Assembly: GCA_049520815.1 (NCBI GenBank)
Contig: JBEKPL010000007.1
Coordinates: 3 to 64,002, forward strand
DNA: 64,000 nucleotides
From: Candidatus Limnocylindrales bacterium
Lineage (GTDB): Bacteria > Chloroflexota > Limnocylindria > Limnocylindrales > CSP1-4
Direction: 5' to 3'
The position numbers and the translations under genes were made by a program. The notes beneath the pieces were generated by a model. That model worked only from the letters and a program-made list of their open reading frames with translations. It was not told the origin of the DNA and did not search any database. Shown piece after piece: positions 21,111 to 31,827 of the stretch. How positions within the stretch are numbered: position 1 is the stretch's first letter; each line of letters opens with the position of its first letter.

Positions 21111-22499
21111 CTACCGGACCGCCTTGAGAGCCTCCGGGATCGGCTTGTGAAACTCGACCGGCTTGACGCACTTCTCGACGAGAGCGCGGCTCCCGGGGGT
21201 GCCGAGCTGCTTGAACAGGAAATCGACCTTGGCGGCCTGCGAGGCAAGGATCTCGTCCTTGGCCGGCAGGTCCCAGAGCTGGCGCTTGAACGGGCCGATC
21301 GCCTTCTTGCGAGCCGTGTAGACGAACTGAGTGTCCGTCTGATCTGGTTTGCGCTCGTCGGCGGCGTTGGCGAAGCACCATTCCTCGATCGCCTTATGGA
21401 GCTCGGCCGGGAAGGCCGGGTGCTCGTACAAGGCGTTCTGGAAGCCGGTGGCGAGGTGGATCTCGACGCAGCCGGTGGCCGGGAACCTGTGGAACATCTC
21501 GTCCGGCAGGGTGCTGGCACCGTGCTGGACCGCGCCGGAGAGGCCGTACGAGCGGGCGACCGTGGAGAGCTCGGCCAGGACATCGAAGTCGAGCGCGACC
21601 TTGGCCACTCCGCCGCCCGGCAGCGGCACGCCACCGTGGCTGGTGCCGGTCTGGACTGAAACCTTGGACAGGCCGATGGAGCGCGCGTCCATTTCGCGGC
21701 GGTAGCCGTCGAGATAGGCCTTGAGCTCGTCCGGCGTGGAGTTCTTCTTGCCGACCTCGCCGATCTCGCCGCCGACGCTGACGGTCACGCCGTCGGTCTC
21801 GAGGGAACGGATGAGGGTGGTCAGCTCGGCAGCGCGCATGTAGTTCTCATGCTGCTGCGCGTCGAGCGTCGGGAAGGACAGGTCCACCAGCGTGGAGCTG
21901 TCGATGTCGATGTTCCGGTAGCCGGCGGCGATGGCGTCGCGGCAGGCCTTGCGGATCTCCTCGGTCACCTTCTCGGGATCCGCCGCGTACTTCTTGGCGT
22001 TGAACTGGTAGTGGTCGCCCTGGATGAAGACCGGGCCCTTCCACCCGGCGGCGATGGCGCCGGCGAGGACGCTCGTGGCGTACTCGGACACGCGCTGGAA
22101 GGTGTACGTCTGCTCGGAACGCGCCAGCTCGAAGATGACCGCGGCCGAGTCGTTCTTCCTGGCCGTTTCGAGGATGACGCGCGCCATGTCGAAGGTCTGG
22201 GCGCGAAGGTTGATGGCCGGAACGGTCATCCCCTCGTAGTAGCCGCGGGAGCGGACCTTGTACAGCTCCTGGATGCTCGCCGAGCGAGCGCCGACGGCCT
22301 GGCTGGCCTCCCAGACGATCCAGCGAGCGGCCTCGGCCGTGGCCTCGTCCTCGACGAAGGTGGCAGTCCAGACGAGATCGTAGATGCCGCGCGTCCGGAG
22401 GCCGTCCTCGTCGGTGACGACGAGCCGCTCCCCCTCGATCCGCACGATGCCGTCGAGGGCGGCGAGGAGTTCCTTGACGGAGCCGGCAACCTTGGGCAT
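21111..22499 (-). CDS. class II (metal-dependent) fructose-bisphosphate aldolase family protein, long form
   Basis: VPAINLR..., IQGDHYQ, GEIGEVG and SVQTGTSHGG motifs. Start set at ATG 22499, preceded by AGGAGAA. Confidence 0.8.
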   Translation of the reverse strand: MPKVAGSVKELLAALDGIVRIEGERLVVTDEDGLRTRGIYDLVWTATFVEDEATAEAARWIVWEASQAVGARSASIQELYKVRSRGYYEGMTVPAINLRAQTFDMARVILETARKNDSAAVIFELARSEQTYTFQRVSEYATSVLAGAIAAGWKGPVFIQGDHYQFNAKKYAADPEKVTEEIRKACRDAIAAGYRNIDIDSSTLVDLSFPTLDAQQHENYMRAAELTTLIRSLETDGVTVSVGGEIGEVGKKNSTPDELKAYLDGYRREMDARSIGLSKVSVQTGTSHGGVPLPGGGVAKVALDFDVLAELSTVARSYGLSGAVQHGASTLPDEMFHRFPATGCVEIHLATGFQNALYEHPAFPAELHKAIEEWCFANAADERKPDQTDTQFVYTARKKAIGPFKRQLWDLPAKDEILASQAAKVDFLFKQLGTPGSRALVEKCVKPVEFHKPIPEALKAVR

Positions 22500-22932
22500 G
22501 CGTTCGTTCTCCTGAAGATGCCCGGCCGAATGCACGCGGGGCGCACCGAAGCCGGGAACGGTTCCAAACGATGGCCCTCAGATGGTACAGCGCCCGACCT
22601 ACCCGACACCCTGCCGCATGGACCGTCGGCCGGCGCCGAACGGACGGCTCACTGGGGGTCGGTCGGAGCGCCCTGCGAGGACTGAGCCAGCGCGCGGAGC
22701 TATGCCGGCGAACCGGCAGCTTCCTTGGCTGCAGCGCGGATCTTCTTGAGCGTCTTCATGGTCGGGTCCCCGCCCGGGCGGCCGAACAGGTCGTGCAGCC
22801 CGACGTACTCGGCCTAGACGATCCCGGCCGCCCGGAGCGAGCCAGGCCGCTGCAGGCCGGTCCCGTCCCACGCGGAACCATCCCCACCCACTCCCCCGAT
22901 CACTCCTCGCCGGTTCGCGTAGGCACGAACGC

Positions 22933-24537
22933 TCAACTCAGCGCCTTCACCGCCTCGCGCTCGATGGCGAGCCCCTTCTTGTGGCGCGCGAAGAACTCGG
23001 TGAAGCCCTTCACGTCGCGAGGGTCGGGCTTGACGGGCTTGCCGATGCTCTTGGCGATGCGCTCGTCGAGGTAGTCGGGCAGCGACTTCTTGGCGTCGGT
23101 GCGGAGCATGTAGGCGGCCAGCACGGCCATGCCCCAGGCCCCGCCCTCGCCGGCGGTGGCGGGGATGCTGACAGGAACGTCGAGCGCGGCGGCCATCATG
23201 CGCTGCCCGGTGTCGCCGCCCTTGAAGAAGCCGCCGTGGCCGCGGATCTCCTCAATGATCACCCCCTCCTGCTCGGTGAGGATGTTCATGCCGGTCCGCA
23301 TGGCACAGAGCGAGGCGTAGTACATCGCCCGCACGAAGTTCTCCAGGGTGAACTTGCTGTCCTGGCTCCGTGCGAACAGCGGCCGGCCCTCGGTGAAGCC
23401 GGTCATGTGCTCGCCGGAGACGTAGTTGATGGAGAGGAGCCCGCCCGCGTCCGGATCTCCCAGCACCGCCAGCGGCAGGAGCTTGCCGTACAGGTCGTCG
23501 GGCCGTGCCTCGGCACCCAGCGCCTTGCCGACCTGGCCGAAGAGGGCGATCCAGGCGTCGAGGTCGGAGGACCCGTTGTTCGAGTGGGCCATGGCCACGG
23601 GCTTCCCGTCGGGCGTGACCACGATGTCGATCTCCTCGTGGACGCGGGCCAGGCTCTTCTCCAGCACGATCATCGCGAACACCGAGGTGCCCGCGGAAAC
23701 GTTCCCCGAGCGCGGGCGGACGGCGTTGGTGGCGACCATGCCCGTGCCCGCGTCGCCCTCGGGAGGACACAGCGGGATGCCGGCCGGAAGCTTGCCCGAA
23801 GGGTCGAGCAGCTTCGCGCCCGCGGCAGTGAGCTTCCCGGCCGGGCGGCCGGCGGGCAGGACGGCAGGGAGGATGTCCCGGAGCTTCCAGCCCAGTTTGC
23901 GCGGCGCGATGAGAGCGTCGAACTTCGCCATTCGCGCGGCGTCCCAGTCACCGCTGACTGGGTCGATGGGGAACACGCCCGAGGCCTCGCCCACACCCAT
24001 CCTGTGCTCGCCGGTGAGCTTCCAGTGCACGTAGCCGGCCAGCGTGGTGAGGTGGGCGATCCGCGGCACGTGCGGCTGCGCCTCCAGGATCGACTGGTAC
24101 AGGTGGGCGACGCTCCAGCGCTGCGGGACGGCAAAGTCGAGGAGCGGGGTCAGCTCGGCGCAGGCCTTGCCGGTTATGTTGTTCCGCCACGTGCGGAACG
24201 GCACCAGCAGCTTGCCCTCGGCGTCCAGCGCCACGTACCCGTGCATCATCCCGCTGAAGCCCATGGCCGCGACGGTCTGCAGCTCCAGGGAGTAGCGGGC
24301 GCGCACGTCCTGGACGAGCGAGGCGTAGCAGTCGGCCAGGCCCTTCCAGACGTCCTCCATGTCGTAGGTCCAGACGCCGTCCTTGAGCTGGTTCTCCCAG
24401 GCATGCGAGCCCGACGCAAGCGGCGTCGTGTCGGGCCCGATGAGGGACGCCTTGATTCGGGTCGAGCCGAACTCGATCCCGAGGATGGCGCCACCCGACC
24501 GGATCAGCTCCGCCGCGCTGCCCTGTTGCTGGTTCAC
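22933..24537 (-). CDS. FGGY-family carbohydrate kinase, probably the ribulokinase of the ara operon
   Basis: [13 protein letters not shown]-terminal ATPase motif and the FGGY C-terminal domain (GGFFKGG). Operon context with araD and araA. Start set at GTG 24537, 5-6 nt after GAGGAGG. Confidence 0.85.
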   Translation of the reverse strand: MNQQQGSAAELIRSGGAILGIEFGSTRIKASLIGPDTTPLASGSHAWENQLKDGVWTYDMEDVWKGLADCYASLVQDVRARYSLELQTVAAMGFSGMMHGYVALDAEGKLLVPFRTWRNNITGKACAELTPLLDFAVPQRWSVAHLYQSILEAQPHVPRIAHLTTLAGYVHWKLTGEHRMGVGEASGVFPIDPVSGDWDAARMAKFDALIAPRKLGWKLRDILPAVLPAGRPAGKLTAAGAKLLDPSGKLPAGIPLCPPEGDAGTGMVATNAVRPRSGNVSAGTSVFAMIVLEKSLARVHEEIDIVVTPDGKPVAMAHSNNGSSDLDAWIALFGQVGKALGAEARPDDLYGKLLPLAVLGDPDAGGLLSINYVSGEHMTGFTEGRPLFARSQDSKFTLENFVRAMYYASLCAMRTGMNILTEQEGVIIEEIRGHGGFFKGGDTGQRMMAAALDVPVSIPATAGEGGAWGMAVLAAYMLRTDAKKSLPDYLDERIAKSIGKPVKPDPRDVKGFTEFFARHKKGLAIEREAVKALS

Positions 24538-24672
24538 CGGAATCCTCCTCGGCACGTGCCAGCCGTGCCCGCCGCTGGCGTTCCCGTGGCGATCCTGACT
24601 TCTGTCCGTTCCGAAGTCCCCACTGATGGTGTAGCGGGCTCAGCCATCATTCCTCCTCCCGGTCCTGCCCGG

Positions 24673-25740
24673 TCACTCCGCGTTGGGTTGAACGATCACC
24701 TTCACGCCCCGACGTTCCGCCAGCGTCTCGAACGCCTCCTGGGCCTCGGAGAGGTGGAACCGGTGAGTGATCAACGACCTCAGATCGATCGACCCGGCTG
24801 CCACCAGCTGGATTGCGCGCGGCAGGTCCGACGCGACCATCCGACGGCACTCGAGCAGAGCTAGTTCCTTGCGGCGTGCAGCGCCCGCTTCGAACGTGGT
24901 CCTATCGCCGGTCGGGATGCCGATCAGCACGACCCGTCCACCGGGCCGAACGGCCGCGATTGCGTCCGATAACGCCGCATTGGTGCCGGAGACCTCGTAG
25001 GCGACGTCGACCGGCAGCTCTCGGGCAAGTCGGCGTTCGGGCGTAAACCCCGACCCGGCGTCACCGTCCACCAGGAATGCGTCCGTGGCGCCCATCGACT
25101 TCGCGGCGGCCACGCGGTGAGACAGCAAATCCGTGGCCACGACCGTGGACAGCCCCTGCCGGCGCAGGAGCTGCACCAGCAGCAGGCCGATGGGTCCACA
25201 GCCGTAGACTCCGGCGCGCCCGCCGGGCGCCACCAGGCCGAGGTCCAGGGCGTGAAGCGCCACGCCCAGCACTTCCAGCAACGGGGCCTCGTCGTCGCCG
25301 ATGGCGTCGGGCAGCGGCGACAACAGCCGCTCCGGCCAGGCCATGAACGTGCGCAGTCCCCCATCCGTGCTCCCGTGGCCGGCGAAACGCATGGCCACAC
25401 ACAAGTTGGCACGACCCTCGACGCACGGCCCGCAAAGGCCGCAGTCTGAGGCCGGATCGACCGCCACTCGCTGGCCCGCCCGCGGCCCCGCGGCGATGAC
25501 GGCCCCGATCTCGTGGCCCAGGATGAGGGGCCGGGTGAGAACTGAGTCGCCGATGCCGGCTTCCTCGAACCAGTGCAGATCCGAGCCGCACAGGCCCACT
25601 GCGGTCGCTCGCAGCAGGACCTCACCGGGCCCGGGACCGACCACCGGCTCGCGGCCGACGCGGATGTCGCCGGCGGCGTAGATCCGGGCCGCTTCGGTGA
25701 CGGCCGCCGGCGTCTTCATCTCGGCCGCCGGCGTCATCAT
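24673..25740 (-). CDS. zinc-dependent alcohol/polyol dehydrogenase (MDR family)
   Basis: GLCGSDLH, GHE.G, a CG.C..C structural-zinc loop and the GCGPIGLL Rossmann motif. ATGA start/stop overlap with araD. Confidence 0.88.
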   Translation of the reverse strand: MMTPAAEMKTPAAVTEAARIYAAGDIRVGREPVVGPGPGEVLLRATAVGLCGSDLHWFEEAGIGDSVLTRPLILGHEIGAVIAAGPRAGQRVAVDPASDCGLCGPCVEGRANLCVAMRFAGHGSTDGGLRTFMAWPERLLSPLPDAIGDDEAPLLEVLGVALHALDLGLVAPGGRAGVYGCGPIGLLLVQLLRRQGLSTVVATDLLSHRVAAAKSMGATDAFLVDGDAGSGFTPERRLARELPVDVAYEVSGTNAALSDAIAAVRPGGRVVLIGIPTGDRTTFEAGAARRKELALLECRRMVASDLPRAIQLVAAGSIDLRSLITHRFHLSEAQEAFETLAERRGVKVIVQPNAE

Positions 25741-26504
25741 CTCGGCCCCCGGCCGGCCTCGCCAGACCGCGCTTGCCGCCCAGCTCCCCGCGCGGGCCCC
25801 TGCCCGTAGTAAGCGTCCGGCCCGTGCTTACGCCGGAAGTGGCGTTCGAGCAGGTAGCCGGCTATCGGTTCAACCTCCGGGTTGAGGGCGAACGTCCGGA
25901 TCGCCATCGCCGCCACGGCCTCGAGGGCGGTGGCGTTGTCGGCGGCAGCTTGGGCGTCGGGACCCCAGGTGAACGGGCCGTGGGAGGCAACCAGGACGGC
26001 GGGCATCTCCGCGGCGCCCAGCCCTTGACGCTCCAGCGTCTCGATGATCACGGCACCAGTCTCTCGCTCGTACTCGCCCGCGACCTCGCTCTCGAGCATC
26101 TGCCGCGTCACCGGAACGGCTCCGTGGAAGTGGTCCGCGTGGGTCGTTCCGAGCGGCGGGATCGGCCGGCCCGCCTGGGCCCAGGCTGTGGCCGCCGTCG
26201 AGTGGGTGTGCACCACGCCGCCGATCTCCGGATAGCGCTGGTAAAGGAGGAGGTGGGTCGGAGTGTCGGACGAAGGTCGCAGGTCACCCTCCACCACGCG
26301 ACCGTCGACCAGTGAGACGGCCACGAGCTGCTCGGGACGGAGCTGGTCGTAGGGCACGCCGCTGGGCTTGATCAGCAGCACCCCGGCTGCGCGGTCGACG
26401 CCGCTGGCGTTACCGAAGGAGAGAGTCACCAAACCGGACCGAACGAGGGCCTGATTGGCGCGCCACACCAGCTCCCGCAGCTCCGGCAGCTCCAGGGCCG
26501 ACAT
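25737..26504 (-). CDS. araD: L-ribulose-5-phosphate 4-epimerase
   Basis: Class II aldolase/adducin fold with GNASGVDR, IKPSG, VVHTHS and GTTHADHF. Confidence 0.9.
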   Translation of the reverse strand: MSALELPELRELVWRANQALVRSGLVTLSFGNASGVDRAAGVLLIKPSGVPYDQLRPEQLVAVSLVDGRVVEGDLRPSSDTPTHLLLYQRYPEIGGVVHTHSTAATAWAQAGRPIPPLGTTHADHFHGAVPVTRQMLESEVAGEYERETGAVIIETLERQGLGAAEMPAVLVASHGPFTWGPDAQAAADNATALEAVAAMAIRTFALNPEVEPIAGYLLERHFRRKHGPDAYYGQGPARGAGRQARSGEAGRGPR

Positions 26505-26538
26505 AGACGTTGCTCCGTTCTACCCGGCTGTGTTGTGG

Positions 26539-28059
26539 CTACAAGCCGCGAGCCAGATGGTAGTAAGCCTGGTTCCAGCGGAGCTCCTTCTTGAAGCCCG
26601 GGATCGTCGTCTCGGCATCGATCACCAGGAACTCGAGGCCGGCCATTTCGGCGAAGTCGGCGAGCGGCTCGATTCCAATGGCCCGACTCAGAACGGTGTG
26701 ATGGGAGCCACCCGCCATGAGCCACGCCTCGGTCGCGGTCGAGAAACTCGGGCGCGGCTTCCACACCGCACGGCCGACGGGCAGTCGAGGCATCGGCTTG
26801 TCCGGCGGAACCAGGTCGATCTCGTTGGCCAGGAGCCGGAACCTGTCCCCCATGTCCATGAGAGCCACGACTACGGCCGGACCGGAACCGGCGGTGAAGA
26901 CAAGCCGGACCGGGTCGCTGCGGCCGCCGATGGACAGGGGATGGATCTCGCACGAGATCTTCCCGTCTGCGATCGTCGGGCAGACCTCGAGCATGTGGGC
27001 GCCCAGTACCTTCTCTCCCTCCGTGCCGAGGTGATAGGTGTAGTCCTCCATGAGCGATGTCCCGCCCGGGAGTCCCCTGGCCATGACCTTGAGGAGACGG
27101 ACCATGACGGCGGTCTTCCAGTCGCCCTCCGCGCCGAACCCAAAGCCGTCGGCCATCAGACGCTGGACGGCGATCCCGGGTAGCTGGCGAAGCACATCGA
27201 GGTTCTCGAAGGTGTCCGTGAAGGCACCGAAGCCACCCTCGGTCAGGAAGGCTCGAATAGCGGCCTCGATTCGAGCGGCCTCGCGCAGCGCTTCCCTGTC
27301 GGCGCCATTCGCGCGCAGGCTCGCCGCGAGGTCGTAGCTCGACTCGTAGGTTTCGATCAACCCGTCGACCGCGGCTTCCGGGACGGCGCGCACCGCGTCG
27401 GCGAGGTCGCTGACGCTGTACCCGTTGATGGCGACCCCGAGGCGGATCTGGGCCTCCACCTTGTCGCCCTCGGTCACCGCCACCTGACGCATGTTGTCGC
27501 CGAACCGCGCCACCTTGAGATGATGGGCCTCGTGCCATGCGCACGCCGCCCGCGCCCATGACCCGATCCGATCGGCCACGGCGGGGTTCTGCCAGTGGCC
27601 GGCGACGGTCTTGCGGGCGATGCCCAGCCGCGTCTCCACGTGCCCGAACTCACGATCGCCGTGAGCCGCCTGGTTCAGGTTCATGAAGTCCATGTCGATC
27701 TCGCCCCACGGGAGATCGCGATTGAACTGGGTGTGAAGGTGAAGAAGCGGCTTCTGGAGGGCTTGAAGGCCCGCGATCCACATCCGCGCCGGGGAGAAGG
27801 TGTGCATCCACGCGATGACGCCAACGCACTCGGCAGACGCCGTGGCTTCCAGGCAAGCGGCGGTGATGCCTTCAGGCGACTTCACCACTGGTTTGCTGAC
27901 GACCCGAACCGGGATCGCCGCCGACTCGCTCAGCCCCGCCGCGATCCGCTCCGAATTGGCGGTCACCTGCCGAAGCGTCTCCTCGCCGTACAGGTCCTGG
28001 CTCCCGGTCAGAAACCAGACCTCGAACTCGCCGAGCGCCTTCAATTCAACTGCTCCCAT
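26539..28059 (-). CDS. araA: L-arabinose isomerase
   Basis: 506 aa. [19 protein letters not shown]-terminus, AHGDREFG and MLEVCP motifs. Confidence 0.93.
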   Translation of the reverse strand: MGAVELKALGEFEVWFLTGSQDLYGEETLRQVTANSERIAAGLSESAAIPVRVVSKPVVKSPEGITAACLEATASAECVGVIAWMHTFSPARMWIAGLQALQKPLLHLHTQFNRDLPWGEIDMDFMNLNQAAHGDREFGHVETRLGIARKTVAGHWQNPAVADRIGSWARAACAWHEAHHLKVARFGDNMRQVAVTEGDKVEAQIRLGVAINGYSVSDLADAVRAVPEAAVDGLIETYESSYDLAASLRANGADREALREAARIEAAIRAFLTEGGFGAFTDTFENLDVLRQLPGIAVQRLMADGFGFGAEGDWKTAVMVRLLKVMARGLPGGTSLMEDYTYHLGTEGEKVLGAHMLEVCPTIADGKISCEIHPLSIGGRSDPVRLVFTAGSGPAVVVALMDMGDRFRLLANEIDLVPPDKPMPRLPVGRAVWKPRPSFSTATEAWLMAGGSHHTVLSRAIGIEPLADFAEMAGLEFLVIDAETTIPGFKKELRWNQAYYHLARGL

Positions 28060-28196
28060 ATGTTCTGCCGTTCAACGGCAAACGCTCCGATGCGTGCCCT
28101 CCAGCAGCCTTTGCCCGAACGGGACATCGATCCATCCCGGCTGCTGCCGATGCCGGCACGAACGCCGCTCCCCCGCGCCGCCGTGCCGGCGGCAGG

Positions 28197-29147
28197 CTAC
28201 TTGGTGGTTATGTCCACCACGTGGTCTACGAAGAACTTCTGCTGCTGGGTCTCCAACGGCAGCAGGATGTAGAAGCCCTTCGCATCCTTCGGTACCGAAA
28301 CGGTCGTGTTCCACGTCGCGCTGCCCCCATCCGCGGGCGTGATCGGAACATCTATTAGGTGGGGGCTCTCATAGAACCCGTACATCACGCCGTCCGCGCC
28401 GATGACGGGAGGATTGCCGATGTGCACATATGCTCGATCGTGGCTTGGGTTCGTGCTCTTCCAGTCGAACTCGAATCCCGTGTCAGTGCGCTTGACATCA
28501 GTCAACTGGACGGTGCAATCATTGATACCTTTGATCACGGCGTCAGACTTCTCCACTTTGGCGGCCGCCACCGTCTGCGCAACCGGATACTTCGTGTCCG
28601 TGACAACCTTGTCCAGATCCAGGTTGAAGGTGCCCTTTGTCGCCTGCGAGGCCCGGTAGTAGTTGAATGGCCCGTCGATGTACGCGTAGTCGATCGAGAG
28701 TTTCTCACCCGCAGCCTTCTTCACACCAGCGCATTCAACGTAGAGCAGCTGCGTCTCCGGTTTGTCCACCGTCCCGCCCGTATATCCCTTCATGATGAAG
28801 CCGGGGGGAAGAAACCAGCCGCTGCTGTTTACGAACACTGCAGTGCCTACGAACACTGTGCCGCAATCGCTGCTCTTGCCCGTCGAGTCCGTCACTCTGG
28901 CCTTGCTGGCCGCGACATTCATCGCGCTCCAGTCATTCTCGTTATTCCGTATGGAGAGATCCACGTGCAGCGAGCCGCTGACGTCTGAGACCCCGGTGAC
29001 AATCGCGGCCCAGCCCTTTCCGGCAGCCGGTGTGGGCGTATCGAACGTGATCGGTGGAACGATGTAGTCGCAACCGCTGACCACCAATCCAAAGACGACG
29101 ACTGCGGCCAGCGTCAGTCGCATACTCATCCTGCAATCACCGTTCAT
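28197..29147 (-). CDS. hypothetical lipoprotein (two beta-rich repeats, DUF4352-like by eye)
   Basis: Signal peptide with lipobox (LAAVVVFGLVVSGC). Translationally overlaps the upstream permease stop (GTGATGA). Lower GC than araA. The exact start is uncertain (29147, 29129 or nearby). Confidence 0.65.
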   Translation of the reverse strand: MNGDCRMSMRLTLAAVVVFGLVVSGCDYIVPPITFDTPTPAAGKGWAAIVTGVSDVSGSLHVDLSIRNNENDWSAMNVAASKARVTDSTGKSSDCGTVFVGTAVFVNSSGWFLPPGFIMKGYTGGTVDKPETQLLYVECAGVKKAAGEKLSIDYAYIDGPFNYYRASQATKGTFNLDLDKVVTDTKYPVAQTVAAAKVEKSDAVIKGINDCTVQLTDVKRTDTGFEFDWKSTNPSHDRAYVHIGNPPVIGADGVMYGFYESPHLIDVPITPADGGSATWNTTVSVPKDAKGFYILLPLETQQQKFFVDHVVDITTK

Positions 29148-30741
29148 CACTGGTTACCGCCGTACAAGATTGGGGCTAGGTATCCTGTCATTAGCCAGTA
29201 GTCTGCTGGCACGTCCGTTCCGCCGTCCACGGCGTCGACTGTCTTCGTCTGCCCTTGGTACGTGACAGTCGTCGAGTACTCGAAGCAGGCGCCACAGGGC
29301 GTATGGTGCGCCGAGTAGAAGTTGGGGGTGAAGAAGCCGAGATCGTTGATCTGCTTCAGGAGTGCAGTGACCTGGTCTGCCGCGACATGCGTCGTCTTGG
29401 TGTTGTTGGCGCCGTAGTCGGAGACGATCCGGCCGTCGGGGTAGATGGCATACAGCTCGTCGACGCAGGTCGTGCCTCCGTTGCGCTCGTACACGATCAC
29501 GGCGTCACCCTGAGCGAGGGTCTTCGCTTGGTCAGGTCTCATTGGCTGGAGCGTGCAAGTGATAGTCGCCCCCGACTGGAACACGTTCGGGACGATCACG
29601 AACACGGTCGTCCCGACAACGGCGGCGACCACCACGGCCCCTACGCTGCGGCGAACTGCCTTTCTCTTGTACCACACCGTCGGCACTCTGCGCATGGCAT
29701 GACCGCCCGCACGGGCGCGCCCCACCGCCGCCGCGTTCCAGGCGGCTACGGTGCTCTGGATGACGATGAAAAGGAGCATCAGCGCACCGATGAAAATGTA
29801 CACCAACCAGGAACTCAGCTGCCCGTTGTACTGGATCAGGCTCTGTATCAGAGACGTGATCATGACGCCGACCAGAGCGCCGATCAGATACCCTTCCCCA
29901 CCAGTCAGCGCGACGCCGCCGATGACTACCGCCGCGATGGTGGTCAACTCGAAGCCAGTACCATGATTCCCACGTCCGGACATGACGTAGATGCTGTACA
30001 AGATGCCTGCCAGAGCGGAGCAGAAGCCGCTGATGACGTATACAAGAACCTTGGTCCGATCTACCGGCAACCCCATGAAGCGGGCGGATATCTCGTTCGC
30101 TCCGTTGCCGCCGCCCATCGCGTACATCGTCCGACCGAAACGCGTGTAGTGGGCCAAATACAGACCGACAAAGAACACGGCCATGGCCACGACTACAAGA
30201 TACGTGATGTAGTCGCCCCGTTTCGTGGCTGGATCAGCCAGTCCCGGGATCAGGATCTTCGTCTGTCCGAGTGTGGTGTAGGTTGCATCACTGATCCGTA
30301 CTTCGGCATCGCTGATGACGTAGCACAGACCGCGAGCCAGCCACATACCGGCCAGCGTGGCGATGAACGGCTGCACCTTCAAGTACGTAATGAACAGACC
30401 CATCACGAGCCCGAAGGCCATCCCGATCAGGAGCACGATAGGGAAGATCACCCACGGGTTCCAGCCCATGTAGAGAAGCGACGCCGCAACCACCGTCGCC
30501 AGGGCAAGGATGCCGCTGACGGAGAGGTCGATGCCGCCCGAGATGATCACGAACGTCTCACCTACGACGGTCAGGATCAGGAACGGCGCCGCATCGAACA
30601 GGGTGAAGAACGCTTGCCCATCCCGCATCACCGAATACGAGAAAACGCCCCACACATAGACGACCACAAACAGTGCGATTGTCGCGCCGAGAGGCAGGAA
30701 CTTGCGGTTCCGTCCCAGACTTGCGCTCAATGTCGCGATCA
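29147..30741 (-). CDS. sugar ABC transporter permease (YjfF-like) fused to an extra TM helix and a roughly 150-aa extracytoplasmic C-terminal domain
   Basis: Start at ATG 30741, in an ATGA overlap with the upstream permease stop. About 330 aa of ribose-type permease are followed by KRKAVRRSVGAVVVAAVVGTTVFVIV and then a Cys-containing soluble domain (HHTPCGACFEY). Confidence 0.85.
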
Positions 30742-31827
30742 TCGGGCTGCCTCCTGACGCACGAACCCCCTGCTCACTCCGCGAACGTATCTCTGTACCT
30801 GCTCGGCATACAGAAGGAGGACCGCCACAACAACCATGGCCTTGACCGCGGTGATCGCGCTCGCAGCAACACCGAAGGACAGCATCGACGTGATCGTGGT
30901 CTGCAGGACCAATGCGCCAATGGCGCTGCCCAGCAGTGAGAACCGCCCGCCAGCTCCCAGGAGCGTTCCGCCGATGACGACCGCCAGGATCGCATCCAGC
31001 TCTGAGTACAGCCCGACCTGGTTCGCGTCCGACGTTCGGATATTGGAGGCTACGATCAGGCCGGCGATGCCCGCACAGAAACCACAGAAGGCGTACGAGA
31101 AGAGTATGATCCCTCGCTGGTTGATGCCGCTGTAGAAGCTCGACCGGGCGTTGATCCCAACGGACTCGACGAAGAGCCCGATGGGCGTTCTCCACGTCAC
31201 GAGCCAGGCTCCTATGAACACGGCTGCGGCGAGGTACAGCGAGAACGGCAACACGATGAAGCCGTTGCCGATGTAGGCGTAGGTGTCATTGAAGATGATG
31301 ATCTGCATGGCATTCGTAATGAGCTGGGCGATCCCTCGGCCCGCGATCATCAGAACCAGCGTCGCAACCAGCGGCTGCATCCGCCCGTACGAGACGAGCA
31401 CTCCATTCCAAAGGCCGCAGAGCGTGGCGATGACCATTGGAACGACGATCACCATCCAGAGGGGAGCCCAGCTGTACTGGGGGTTGTTGATGAACAACCT
31501 TGGATCGGTGAGGTTCAACCCGACGATGGTCGGGTTGATCATGAGGCAGGCCGTCGAAGATGCGATCGCCATGATCGCACCCGTTGAGACGTCGACTCCC
31601 CCGGTCGCGATCACGAGCGTCATGCCCATGGCCAGGATCATCGTCGGCGAACCGTGCACCAGAATGTCGATCAGGTTGCCGTAGAGATGGCCGCCCTTCA
31701 ACTCGATCTTGAAGAAGCCGGGGATCAAGAAGAAGTCGGCGATGAGAATCAACAGCAGGGCAGCGACCGGCAGAAAAAGCATGCTCTCGGTGAACCTGCT
31801 CCACGTGCGAGAGATCGACCCTCTCAT
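30739..31827 (-). CDS. sugar ABC transporter permease (YtfT-like, ribose-type)
   Basis: 362 aa, polytopic, with a GGVDVSTGAIMA-type motif. Overlaps the ATPase stop. Confidence 0.9.
   Translation of the reverse strand: MRGSISRTWSRFTESMLFLPVAALLLILIADFFLIPGFFKIELKGGHLYGNLIDILVHGSPTMILAMGMTLVIATGGVDVSTGAIMAIASSTACLMINPTIVGLNLTDPRLFINNPQYSWAPLWMVIVVPMVIATLCGLWNGVLVSYGRMQPLVATLVLMIAGRGIAQLITNAMQIIIFNDTYAYIGNGFIVLPFSLYLAAAVFIGAWLVTWRTPIGLFVESVGINARSSFYSGINQRGIILFSYAFCGFCAGIAGLIVASNIRTSDANQVGLYSELDAILAVVIGGTLLGAGGRFSLLGSAIGALVLQTTITSMLSFGVAASAITAVKAMVVVAVLLLYAEQVQRYVRGVSRGFVRQEAAR

Noticed and set aside
22536-22932. 400-nt gap between the aldolase and the FGGY kinase. It contains protein-like minus-strand fragments (...WDGTGLQRPGSLRAAGIV, then TAG, then AEYVGLHDLFGRPGGDPTMKTLKKIRAAAKEAAGSPA).
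   Set aside because: It is interrupted by an in-frame TAG, has no convincing start, and I cannot assign a family. It may be a decayed gene remnant, but the evidence is too weak to annotate.
22981-24864. 627-aa ORF on the plus strand
   Set aside because: It is a shadow ORF opposite the FGGY kinase gene, with low-complexity Arg/Gly/Ala composition and no motifs.
30742-31195. N-terminal extension of ORF 29147..31195
   Set aside because: It overlaps the well-supported permease 30739..31827 in another frame. ATG 30741, with an ATGA overlap, is the sensible start.
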